DNA of 54,121 nucleotides from an uncultured Christensenella sp. (lineage in GTDB: Bacteria > Bacillota > Clostridia > Christensenellales > Christensenellaceae): contig CAYXBW010000001.1 in the NCBI GenBank assembly GCA_964463305.1, positions 1 through 54,121 of the forward strand, given 5' to 3'. The position numbers were made by a program, and so were the translations under genes. This document shows positions 1-8,761 of this stretch, in pieces (position 1 is the stretch's first letter; every line of letters starts with the position of its first letter). The notes beneath the pieces are model-generated. The model saw nothing but the letters and a program-made list of their open reading frames with translations, was not told the DNA's origin and ran no database searches.

Positions 1-971
1 TACCTAAACTGTGAGGTGGCAATTGTTCCCAATCTGTCCGCTTTACCCGCAGCGGCGTTTATAACCTTAGTGTCTGCAGCGGCTGTTCCTATAGCGCCTG
101 TACTACCACCACCCACTTGTTGGTATGTTACGGCTCCAATAGCAAGACCTTGAAGAGACTCTTTTGTGACGTTTGCAGGGTCATCTGCAGTGAAAGTCAA
201 TTTTGAAGAGCCAGCCGTTGTACCTATAGTATAATCTACTCCATCGATCTTTACAGTCTTGGTGTCAAACTTCTGTGCTACCAATGCGGCCGTTGTATCT
301 GTTGCAGCTAGGCCAGCAGATATTATGTCTGAACCGCCAACCTTTATCGTCACTGTATCAGTGGCAGTTACATTCTTCAGCGTCAATCCAGCTAGGTCAA
401 TCTCAAACGTAGCCGCATATCCAGCCTGGAAGTTTTTACCCAGTGTTGTGGATATATCCTTTACGCCGCCTGCGCCCGTAGCCGGGTCGGCTATTTCGTA
501 TGTGGAATATATGCCGGAGGTAAGAGCGCTCCTCTTGAGACCCTCAGCAGAGAGGGATCCGTCAAGTATCCTCATGTTATTGAAGGTGGTTTGCTCTGAG
601 ATATCGTTTATCTCGCGCTTCAGCTGGTCAAACTCTTTGGCAACCTGCGTGCGGTCAAAGTTTTGGTTTGTGCCCGTAGCAGACTGCACAGCCAGCTCGT
701 TCATTCTCTGCAGCATGGAATGCACTTCCTGCAGCGCGCCCTCAGCCGTCTGTATTAGAGAAGCGGCATCCTGAGAGTTTAGAGAGGCTCTGTTAAGGCC
801 GCGTATCTGTGAGCGCATTTTTTCGGATATAGCAAGACCCGCAGCGTCATCAGCCGCGCGGTTTATCCTGTATCCCGAAGAGAGTTTTTCGGCCGAAGCG
901 GCCACCTTGTCATTCTGAATGGTGTACTGACGATGTGTGTTCATCGCCATAATGTTGTTCGCAATCCTCAT
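1..971 (-). CDS. fliC: Flagellin, partial: the N-terminal ~323 codons are present and the C-terminus lies beyond the window start
   Basis: Absent from the ORF track because no stop codon falls in the window. Manual reverse translation from ATG at 971..969 gives MRIANNIMAMNTHRQYTIQNDKVAASAEKLSSGYRINRAADDAAGLAISEKMRSQIRGLNRASLNSQDAASLIQTAEGALQEVHSMLQRMNELAVQSATGT..., the conserved flagellin N-domain. The frame stays open to position 1. AAGGAGG lies 8 nt upstream of the ATG. Confidence 0.9.
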   Translation of the reverse strand, partial: MRIANNIMAMNTHRQYTIQNDKVAASAEKLSSGYRINRAADDAAGLAISEKMRSQIRGLNRASLNSQDAASLIQTAEGALQEVHSMLQRMNELAVQSATGTNQNFDRTQVAKEFDQLKREINDISEQTTFNNMRILDGSLSAEGLKRSALTSGIYSTYEIADPATGAGGVKDISTTLGKNFQAGYAATFEIDLAGLTLKNVTATDTVTIKVGGSDIISAGLAATDTTAALVAQKFDTKTVKIDGVDYTIGTTAGSSKLTFTADDPANVTKESLQGLAIGAVTYQQVGGGSTGAIGTAAADTKVINAAAGKADRLGTIATSQFR

Positions 972-1115
972 TTTATAATCCTCCTTGATTATGTGTTTTT
1001 TGGCTTCTTGCCATTCTATAAAATTATGATCGCCAGCCCAAAAACGCTATTCCATAGGCTGATAGTTCCCGGGACAACCTGCCCGTTTCCATACCGCTTT
1101 TGTGCTCTAATTATA

Positions 1116-1142
1116 ATATCGCAATCCTTACAGAATACTTTA
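1116..1142 (-). promoter_or_regulatory. Sigma-28 (SigD/FliA)-type promoter candidate for flagellin
   Basis: The minus strand reads TAAA-N15-TGCGATAT against the consensus TAAA-N15-GCCGATAT. This leaves a leader of roughly 135 nt before the flagellin ATG. Confidence 0.5.
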
Positions 1143-1185
1143 GCGTTTTTATTAAAAAATATTTATAATTATTTATTAAAAACAC

Positions 1186-1232
1186 AAAAAAGACCGACGC
1201 ACCGCTCATTTATGCGGTTTACCAGTCTTTTT
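1186..1232 (-). terminator. Probable intrinsic terminator after the ComFB-like gene
   Basis: Imperfect GC-rich hairpin (AAGAC..CCGC / GCGG..GTCTT) followed on the minus strand by TTTTTTGTGTTTTT. Confidence 0.45.
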
Positions 1233-1300
1233 CACAATGCTTATTATTCACATTATATAAATTGGTTATACATTCCTTACACTCAGTTAACAGAATCTGT

Positions 1301-2002
1301 TCACATGCCGCTCAGTTTTGTGGCATCAAATGCTCCGTACCCTGCAGAATCTGCCAGCCCCTGATCTTCCGGCTCTTCAATGGGCGCTTCCGCCTTTGCC
1401 CTTGCAGCCGCCAAAGCTGCGGCCATTGCCGCTTCCTTATCCTGCGCCGCGTTCACACCGTCTGTGCCTTCCGCCTTTGCCTTTGCCGCCGCTAAAGCAG
1501 CCGCCATTGCCGCTTCCTTACTCACGCCGCCTATATCCTCTTCAGATATTTTTGCCGCGGGCTGCTTTTCTTCTCCGGAAACTATATCCTCTTCAGATAT
1601 TTTTGCCGGTTCCGCATTTTGAGGGCTTTCCATCTGCGCGGTGCCCTCAGGCACTTCACCTGCTCCCTTTCCGTATACAGAGAAACGCTTCTCCTTTACC
1701 TTCTTGAGCTTGCCGCCCTTATCCAGCGCGTGACTGGGCTTATACTTTACTTTAGAAACAGCCTCAACTATTGCCACCATTATTTCCGCCTGCATTTGGG
1801 TGGTGGTGGTCTGCATGTGCATAAACACGTTGCCGCCCTCAGAGGCCACATATTTTGTGGGAAGATTATTAAGCGCCAGCGCCTTTACATCCGCACGGCA
1901 TCTGGGGCAGCGGCACATATCTGTTGCATCCATCACCGAATCAGCCTTTACGTCTACTATCTCTTCCATTACATTGACTATCGGGATTTTTTCTTCGCTC
2001 AT
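1301..2002 (-). CDS. ComFB-domain protein with an Ala/Glu/Lys-rich repetitive C-terminal extension
   Basis: The N-terminal ~95 aa carry the ComFB signature DMCRCPRCRADVKALALNNLPTKYV. GAGGT lies upstream of the ATG. The C-terminal half is low-complexity tandem repeats. Confidence 0.7.
   Translation of the reverse strand: MSEEKIPIVNVMEEIVDVKADSVMDATDMCRCPRCRADVKALALNNLPTKYVASEGGNVFMHMQTTTTQMQAEIMVAIVEAVSKVKYKPSHALDKGGKLKKVKEKRFSVYGKGAGEVPEGTAQMESPQNAEPAKISEEDIVSGEEKQPAAKISEEDIGGVSKEAAMAAALAAAKAKAEGTDGVNAAQDKEAAMAAALAAARAKAEAPIEEPEDQGLADSAGYGAFDATKLSGM
1388..1609 (-). repeat. Intragenic tandem repeats within the ComFB-like gene
   Basis: Two ~52-nt units at 1388-1439 and 1469-1520 (81-nt period) encode KEAAMAAALAAA(K/R)AKAE. 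Two ~27-nt units at 1532-1558 and 1583-1609 (51-nt period) encode AKISEEDI. Confidence 0.85.
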
Positions 2003-2074
2003 TTTTATACCTCATATGCCTAATCTACATTTTATTGAAAGCTATCCACCAACACAATGTTTTCCAAAGTTGCC

Positions 2075-2118
2075 AAAACCTCCGCCGCCCAAGCACAATG
2101 AGCGGGTCGGAGGTTTTT
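2075..2118 (-). terminator. Bidirectional intrinsic terminator after the EAL-HDOD gene
   Basis: AAAACCTCCGCCGCCC ... GCGGGTCGGAGGTTTT hairpin flanked by an A-run and a T-run. Confidence 0.6.
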
Positions 2119-2138
2119 AATAATGTCAGATTCCAGAA

Positions 2139-3356
2139 TCACATTCTCATCAATCCGTCCCATATCCTGTTAACTTCTTCCAGACAGGCAAAATACTTTT
2201 CTGTTATAACATCTGTGGGCATACCAAGTTCTTCCGCGCAGTCATTTATTACAGACCAGTCACCGCGTTCATAGGCCAGCACCATTTTGTAAAGCGAACC
2301 GCAGCGCCCCTCCTGCGTCAATAAAGCCGTTTTTATATCGTCAGATATAGCAAGCTGGCGCAGCGCCTCTTCCATGGGTACGTTCAATATATAATCCATA
2401 GTGGAGAACATACCCAATAGATATGCCTCAGACTTCACTATGGGCATATCCTTTGCGTAATCATACAGCTCTGAGCAGAACTGGCCGCGCATGAAAGAAA
2501 GCTTTATAAATTCCTCCGGAGCGTTTTCATCCTTACGGAAGCTGAGCAGGTATATCCACTGCCTCAGCTGGTTTACGCCCAGCACCACCATAGCCTGATG
2601 TACAGACTGTATTTTGTTTCTAAAGCCAAAGAATGCCGAATTCACCAGCTTCAAAAGCGCGTATGTAAGCGTTACATCACGGGATATCAGCTCTTCTATA
2701 GTATCCAGATCTGGCTCTTTTGCCGTTACGGCAGCCATCAGCTGGAAGAAATTGCTCTGCAAATGCTCCAGATTGCTTACCCGTTCCGGTATTATTGTTC
2801 CAATATATTGTCCCTGCAAATAATCTACATTTATTTTGCGGGCATAATCAAACGTGTCTTTATCGTCCACATTGAAGCCTATAGTTTTTATGTTCAGCTC
2901 TCTTGCTATCTCCGCAATAGACTCGCCTGAGCTGGATGGTATCTTCATATTTAGTTTAATATAGTCCACCTCGTCCAGCATGGATATATATCTGGGATTG
3001 AACTGAAACTCTTTCAAAGAAACGCGATAGCCCTGTTCTTTGTATCTTTTTATAAGCCCCAGCGCCTCAGAATTCAGCAACACCTCATAATCAAGCTCCA
3101 AAATAAGCGTATTAGAATCAAATATATTTGGTATTCCCTTTTGCAGCAACGGCTCCGTAAAGGTCAAAAGCACGTTCTTGCCTTCAAAAAAATCCTGATC
3201 GGACAGCTTTGGCAAAAGGTTTTCTATGGCATTCGCAGCAATTGCGTCATCAGAATCTACCTGCTCCGCGTCGGTATTTTCCCTATAGAGTATTTCATAG
3301 GCAAATAGATTGTTCTCTCTGTCGTGCACCGGCTGTTTCACTATATATGTCTGCAT
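2139..3356 (-). CDS. EAL-like plus HDOD two-domain protein (COG3434 type); the EAL motifs look degenerate
   Basis: The N-terminus has FAYEILYR (the EAL/ExLxR motif) and LQGQY. The C-terminal half has HDOD-like sequence (TLTYALLKLVNSAFFGF...QAMVVLGVNQLRQWI). AAGGAAGG RBS. Confidence 0.8.
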   Translation of the reverse strand: MQTYIVKQPVHDRENNLFAYEILYRENTDAEQVDSDDAIAANAIENLLPKLSDQDFFEGKNVLLTFTEPLLQKGIPNIFDSNTLILELDYEVLLNSEALGLIKRYKEQGYRVSLKEFQFNPRYISMLDEVDYIKLNMKIPSSSGESIAEIARELNIKTIGFNVDDKDTFDYARKINVDYLQGQYIGTIIPERVSNLEHLQSNFFQLMAAVTAKEPDLDTIEELISRDVTLTYALLKLVNSAFFGFRNKIQSVHQAMVVLGVNQLRQWIYLLSFRKDENAPEEFIKLSFMRGQFCSELYDYAKDMPIVKSEAYLLGMFSTMDYILNVPMEEALRQLAISDDIKTALLTQEGRCGSLYKMVLAYERGDWSVINDCAEELGMPTDVITEKYFACLEEVNRIWDGLMRM

Positions 3357-3583
3357 AGCATACCTTCCTTATAAAAACTGTTTCATATAGGTAAAATTAT
3401 ATACTTATATAATAGTGGTATTAGGCTAAAAAAACAAGAAGTAATCTGTCAATTTTTACATTTGACCCAAACGCAATACATCTAAAAAAATGATTTTACA
3501 CACACAAAGGCTTACCCTGCATGAAAAAAAATACAAAATCGTTTCAGAATAGTGATTTTCGGTTGAACTGATAATCTTTATAT

Positions 3584-3612
3584 TTTACAATTCAAAGAAA
3601 TGGATGTATAAT
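3584..3612 (+). promoter_or_regulatory. Sigma-70-type promoter candidate for the HD-GYP gene
   Basis: TTTACA-17 nt-TATAAT, about 60 nt upstream of the start codon. Confidence 0.5.
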
Positions 3613-3670
3613 AAAACCATATCAATTATCTAAGGTTGGGGTTATCAGACATAATCAGGAGTGGCTTGCT

Positions 3671-4768
3671 TTGTTATTCATACCTATAGATCAGCTACAT
3701 AGCGGCTTGAAGCTCGCTTATGACGTAGTGGTTTTTGAAAAATCCAACGTGCGTTTGCTTCCCAGGGGAAGCGTTCTTACTGACCGTTTTATTGACGGTC
3801 TAAAACGTTTTGGCATAAACGGGGTTTATGTGCGTGATGAAATAACGGGCGATGTTATACCCAGCAAACCATTGATGGATGCAAAGCTCAAATCCAAAAC
3901 CCTCACAAATTTGGAATGGATGTTCAACAACTCCGAAAAGAGCAGCTCCTCCAGCAAAAAGCACATAGAGCATGTTGATAAAACTGTTTTAAGTTTAATA
4001 AACTTAGTTAAAGAAAACCAATCTCAGCTTGTAAACATTGCAGATCTTAAAGCATACGATGAATATACCTACCACCATTCTCTAAGCGTGGCGGTGGTTT
4101 CTCTTGCCATTGGCGTGCAGCTTGGGCTGAGCAATGATGAGCTGCACAAGCTGGGCTTTGGCGCCATAATGCACGACATTGGAAAAATGTCTGTACCTAT
4201 TGAAATAATAAACAAACCCGCCTCACTCACACACGAGGAGTTTGACATTGTTAAAAGGCACCCGGAAAACAGTGAGGATTACCTCACCCAAAACGATATA
4301 GACGATCCCGAAATATACGAGAGTGTTATTTCGCATCATGAAAAAATAGACGGAACCGGTTATCCCCGCGGTCTTACAGACAAAGCCATACATTTTTACG
4401 GAAAAATAATCTCCGTTGCTGACGTTTATGACGCGCTTACCTCAAACCGTCCATACAGAAAGGCGCTGCTGCCCTCAGATGTAGCGGAGTATATGATGGG
4501 AAACGTGGATACCGCATTTGATCTAGGCATTGTTAAAGCGTTTTTGCAGAAGATAGAGTTTTTCCCCGTGGGTTCTTTTGTGGAGTTCAACAACGGCAGC
4601 AAGGGCATTGTTGTTGATAACGAAAATTCACTCCATCCGGTAGTAAAGCTGCTTGACTCTCCCTACAAAACGCTGGATCTTTTCAATGACACCAGCACTT
4701 TCAACCTTGTTATTGTAAAGCATTACGATTCACTCCCTAGCTCCACGCTTAAAAAAATAGCACTTTAA
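3671..4768 (+). CDS. HD-GYP domain c-di-GMP phosphodiesterase-type protein
   Basis: Motifs HHSLSVA, HDIGK and HHEKIDGTGYPRGL (an intact HD...GYP). TTG start preceded by AGGAG about 10 nt upstream. Confidence 0.85.
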   Translation: MLFIPIDQLHSGLKLAYDVVVFEKSNVRLLPRGSVLTDRFIDGLKRFGINGVYVRDEITGDVIPSKPLMDAKLKSKTLTNLEWMFNNSEKSSSSSKKHIEHVDKTVLSLINLVKENQSQLVNIADLKAYDEYTYHHSLSVAVVSLAIGVQLGLSNDELHKLGFGAIMHDIGKMSVPIEIINKPASLTHEEFDIVKRHPENSEDYLTQNDIDDPEIYESVISHHEKIDGTGYPRGLTDKAIHFYGKIISVADVYDALTSNRPYRKALLPSDVAEYMMGNVDTAFDLGIVKAFLQKIEFFPVGSFVEFNNGSKGIVVDNENSLHPVVKLLDSPYKTLDLFNDTSTFNLVIVKHYDSLPSSTLKKIAL

Positions 4769-4951
4769 TAAAAACCGCACGGCTCTCGGCCTCAATTATT
4801 TATTTTTTATACGTTTTCTTTGTTTGCATACTCTGTTTTTGTTGTATAAATTAATATGGTGTGATATTGCCGGTTCCAAAAATGGTGCCAGCAAATTTTT
4901 TGTTTGCTGATAAACAATGGACACTAATAGTTTTTATATGGAGTTGGGTTT

Positions 4952-6493
4952 ATGAAAAAAATATTGTCACTTTTAACAAGCAGGATGTTCATAACATTTG
5001 CTTTGGTAGCGGTACAGGCCTGGTTTTTATTTATGCTAATCTTCTCCTTTGGTGAGATAAGCTGGATAATATCATTGATACTCACCATTGCAAGCATATT
5101 TGTTGTGATATATATTACAAACAAGCGGCAAAACCCCGCATATAAAATAAGCTGGATAATACTTATATTAATACTGCCCGTGCTGGGCGTACTTTTATAT
5201 TTTTTGTTCAGCCAGCCCAAGCTTGGTAAGGAAGATGCAAAAAGAGCTGAGGAAATATACTATAACACAACGGATTTTATGAAACCAAACGCCGCTGCCA
5301 ACGCTTTGCTGCGCAAATCAGACAGTGGCGCGGCACGCCAGTCAGACTATATAACAAAAGCCGCCCTCTATCCCCTGTACACAAACACACAAACAAAGTT
5401 TTATCCAATGGGGCAGGATTTTTACGCCGATTTGCTCATAGAGCTTGAAAAGGCGGAGAAGTATATATTTATGGAATACTTCATAGTGCACGAGGGTAAG
5501 ATGTGGAGCAGCATACTGGATATATTAAAGCGCAAAGTGGCGCAGGGCGTGGAAGTTCGCTTTATGTATGACGATCTTGGCTGCATAAGCACCTTGCCGC
5601 GAAACTACTATAAAAAGCTGCGCGAAATGGGCATACAGTGCCACGTGTTCAATCCCGTGCGGCCCGTTTTAAATTCTCTGTTCAACAACCGTGACCACCG
5701 CAAGATAACCATAATAGACGGTAAAGTGGGCTTTTGCGGTGGAGCAAACCTTGCCGACGAATATATAAACGAAATAGAGCGGTTTGGCATATGGAAGGAT
5801 GCCGCAGTGATGCTGCGCGGCGGCGGCGTGCGCTCACTTATGATGATGTTTTTGCACTTGTGGACATTTACAGCAGGAAACATAGAGAACGATTTTGCAA
5901 GATATGATATGCCCGCGCTCCAAGAAGAGGCAGATGAAAGCCTTGGTTATGTGCAGCCCTTTGCTGATGTGCCCTTTGACGAAAAAAACTATGTAAGCGA
6001 AAATGTGTATATGAATATAATCTCACGCGCCGAAAATTATATATACATAAACACGCCCTACCTCATACTTGATAACGAACTCATAACCGTGCTGTGCAGC
6101 GCGGCAAAAAGCGGTGTAGACGTGCGCATAACCGTTCCCCACGTACCGGACAAAAAAATGGTTTTCCTTGTAACTCAAGCAAACTATCCGCGGCTTGTGG
6201 AATCCGGCGTTAAAATATATGAATACACCCCCGGCTTCATACACTCCAAAACCACCGTTTGTGATGACAAATACGGTATAGTCGGCACGGTAAACCTTGA
6301 CTTCCGCAGCCTTTATTTACATTTCGAATGCGGCGTATGGATGTACAAAACGCCTGTAGTTGCGGATATCAAACGTGATTTCCTTGAAACTGTTGAGCAA
6401 TGTACCGAAATAACTTCAGAATATTTGGAAAGCATACCTTGGTATAAGCGCTTTATTCAGTCTGTGCTGAAAATATTTGGTCCCATGATGTGA
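4952..6493 (+). CDS. cls: Cardiolipin synthase
   Basis: Two N-terminal TM helices and two HKD motifs (HRKITIIDGKVGFCGGANL and IHSKTTVCDDKYGIVGTVNLD). Confidence 0.9.
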   Translation: MKKILSLLTSRMFITFALVAVQAWFLFMLIFSFGEISWIISLILTIASIFVVIYITNKRQNPAYKISWIILILILPVLGVLLYFLFSQPKLGKEDAKRAEEIYYNTTDFMKPNAAANALLRKSDSGAARQSDYITKAALYPLYTNTQTKFYPMGQDFYADLLIELEKAEKYIFMEYFIVHEGKMWSSILDILKRKVAQGVEVRFMYDDLGCISTLPRNYYKKLREMGIQCHVFNPVRPVLNSLFNNRDHRKITIIDGKVGFCGGANLADEYINEIERFGIWKDAAVMLRGGGVRSLMMMFLHLWTFTAGNIENDFARYDMPALQEEADESLGYVQPFADVPFDEKNYVSENVYMNIISRAENYIYINTPYLILDNELITVLCSAAKSGVDVRITVPHVPDKKMVFLVTQANYPRLVESGVKIYEYTPGFIHSKTTVCDDKYGIVGTVNLDFRSLYLHFECGVWMYKTPVVADIKRDFLETVEQCTEITSEYLESIPWYKRFIQSVLKIFGPMM

Positions 6494-6500
6494 GAAAAAT

Positions 6501-6541
6501 AAAAAGGGTCTTGTCTTCAAAACAGACAGACCCTTTTTTTG
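6501..6541. terminator. Bidirectional terminator between convergent cls and pfk
   Basis: AAAAAGGGTCTTGTCT-loop-AGACAGACCCTTTTTTT. Confidence 0.75.
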
Positions 6542-6644
6542 ATTCTATTTTTTGAGGGCGCTTCCGGCATCATGGATATTGTAAGGAGCCTATATCATTC
6601 CTTTATACATTTGTACGTATACCCTTCGCCGCTGTAAAAAAACC

Positions 6645-7721
6645 TCACACCCCCAGCGATATGCCCATATTCCGCGCCACTCGCACCATATCGTGCTTGG
6701 GATCAACATATTTGGTTTTTCCCGCCACCTCACACAGCGCGTTTTCCGTTAAATTATCTCCATCCATTGCCACGGTCTGCCCAAACTTACACTGATATAT
6801 CAGCTCTGCTGCACGTACGCCCAGCCGCGTTGCCAATATTCTGTCATAGGCGCTGGGCGATCCGCCGCGCTGCACATAGCCCGGCACCACAAGGCGGGTC
6901 TCTATTCCCGTTTCGCTTTCTATGCTTTTGGTTAGCCGTGCCGCTGCGCTGGTGTATCCCTCCTCCTCGCGCTTTTGCTTCAGCGCTTTGCGCTTAAGCC
7001 CCGCCTCATCATCGCGCACGGCGCCCTCTGCTATTGCTATTATGGAAAAAGGCTTGCCCTTTTTTGCGCGATTGGCTACAGCGTTTATTACCACGTCCCT
7101 GCTATATGGTATCTCCGGTATTATTATAACGTCGGCTCCGCCCGCTATACCCGCATAAAGCGTTAGCCAGCCCACTTTATTTCCCATTATTTCTGTCACC
7201 ATCACCCGGCCGTGGCTGGCGGCCGTGGTGTGCAGCCTGTCCATAACATCCGTGGCTATATCAACGGCGGTATGAAAGCCAAATGTAACGTCTGTTCCCC
7301 ACAGATCGTTATCTATTGTCTTGGGCAGTCCTATTATGTTTAAGCCTTCCTCAGAGAGCAGGTTGGCCGTTTTGTGCGTACCGTTTCCCCCCAGTGTGCA
7401 AAGGCAGTCCAGCTTCATCTTCTCATAGTTTTTAACCATGCTGTCCACCTTATCCACGTTGTCTTCTTCTATTTTGCGCATATTTTTGAAAGGCGTGCGC
7501 ACCGTTCCCAAAATCGTTCCGCCCAGCGTAAGTATGCCTGAAAAGTCCTGCTTTTCCATTACGCGGTATTCGCCTTTTATAAGGCCGGAATAGCCGCCAG
7601 CAATCCCCACTATCTCCACGTCCTCCATGCGCTCGTACGTTGCGCGTGCCACACCCCTTATTGCCGCGTTCAAACCGGGGCAGTCGCCTCCGCTGGTAAG
7701 TATGCCTATCCTCTTTGCCAT
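6645..7721 (-). CDS. pfkA: 6-phosphofructokinase (PfkA family)
   Basis: MAKRIGILTSGGDCPGLNAAIRGV, LPKTIDNDL and VQRGGSPSAYDRILATR motifs. Confidence 0.9.
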   Translation of the reverse strand: MAKRIGILTSGGDCPGLNAAIRGVARATYERMEDVEIVGIAGGYSGLIKGEYRVMEKQDFSGILTLGGTILGTVRTPFKNMRKIEEDNVDKVDSMVKNYEKMKLDCLCTLGGNGTHKTANLLSEEGLNIIGLPKTIDNDLWGTDVTFGFHTAVDIATDVMDRLHTTAASHGRVMVTEIMGNKVGWLTLYAGIAGGADVIIIPEIPYSRDVVINAVANRAKKGKPFSIIAIAEGAVRDDEAGLKRKALKQKREEEGYTSAAARLTKSIESETGIETRLVVPGYVQRGGSPSAYDRILATRLGVRAAELIYQCKFGQTVAMDGDNLTENALCEVAGKTKYVDPKHDMVRVARNMGISLGV

Positions 7722-7847
7722 ATCGCCTCTCCTTTTCTATGTATTGAATTGTACGCCTATGTGATCAACAAAATATCTTTGAAAGCACCGGTTATAAAAA
7801 GGTCCTCGCGGCACCCGCCATTTTATGTCTATATATTTGAAATTATT

Positions 7848-8573
7848 CTAAACAAATCTTATAAATGTATCAAACACCGTCCTGCCCTCTGTTTTGCCGC
7901 ATATAAAGCAGCCCTCTTCAACATCCGCTTTAAAAAGCTCCACACGCTGACCCATCTGCACCTCGGAAATATAATTTATCTTTACTATTTCCATTCGCTT
8001 TTTCTCAAGTATATCAACGGGGAAAAGCTCACATATCCAATTCAAGTATTTCGTATTGTTCATGTGGCGGTTCATATCCACATCGCTATAGAGCGCTTCC
8101 CTTTCCGCCGCACGCTCCATATGCGCCGGAAGCGCCAGTTTTCCCGGCTCCTCCACTATTTGCGGCAGCTCCGGATCGTAGGGGTATTTACCCACAGCTT
8201 CCGTACGCCTCAGCATGCGCTCCGCTATATCAAACAGCACCCATTGGCTGGAGGCTTTTCCAAGCTCCTTCCCGTCCTGTGCGCAAAACAAAAACTGCCT
8301 GCGAAATATAAACTTGGTGGGTTTGAGCGGCCAGGTGGAAACCAATATTTTTTCGCCCAAACTAGGGTATCGCAACATCTCCACATTCATACGCGTAAGC
8401 ACCCAGCCGCAGCCCAGCTTTTCCACTACATGCTCTCTGCCCCAGCCTACGCAGGCCGCATGATCCTCAGCTATTTCCTGCATTCGGGTGAATATGGCTG
8501 AGGGCATCCACTCGCCTTTTATGTCCACATCCGGTGCACGCAGTATATATTCCTGATCCAGCCTTGTTAGCAT
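7848..8573 (-). CDS. Acyl-ACP thioesterase family protein
   Basis: 241 aa. Double hot-dog FatA/FatB-like pattern (YILRAPDVDIKGEWMPSAIFTRMQE..., DVDMNRHMNNTKYLNWI). Confidence 0.8.
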   Translation of the reverse strand: MLTRLDQEYILRAPDVDIKGEWMPSAIFTRMQEIAEDHAACVGWGREHVVEKLGCGWVLTRMNVEMLRYPSLGEKILVSTWPLKPTKFIFRRQFLFCAQDGKELGKASSQWVLFDIAERMLRRTEAVGKYPYDPELPQIVEEPGKLALPAHMERAAEREALYSDVDMNRHMNNTKYLNWICELFPVDILEKKRMEIVKINYISEVQMGQRVELFKADVEEGCFICGKTEGRTVFDTFIRFV

Positions 8574-8761
8574 ACATTATCTCCGTAATATTATTTCTAT
8601 CCAAATTGTACCACTTTCACGGCGTAAAAAAAACACACTCACATAATTTTTTTCTTTCACGCGTGTGTGTTTTTATATATTTTCTCTGTGTGCGGCAAAC
8701 CCGTCTCAAACAGGCTGTTGCAAAGCTTTATGGGCACTGCCTTTCAGTGGCGCAGCCCCAG

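Noticed and set aside
972-1115. A possible c-di-GMP riboswitch (GEMM-I/II) in the flagellin leader, considered because of the neighbouring c-di-GMP genes.
   Set aside because: I could not find the conserved GCAAACC...GGGACGCAAAGCC core or an equivalent. Only generic hairpins are present.
1388-1609. Tandem direct repeats that could be mistaken for a CRISPR or minisatellite array. A similar SEAPAAS-coding repeat lies at about 12180-12300.
   Set aside because: There are only two or three copies. They are in frame within coding sequence and encode low-complexity peptide repeats. There is no spacer architecture and there are no cas genes.
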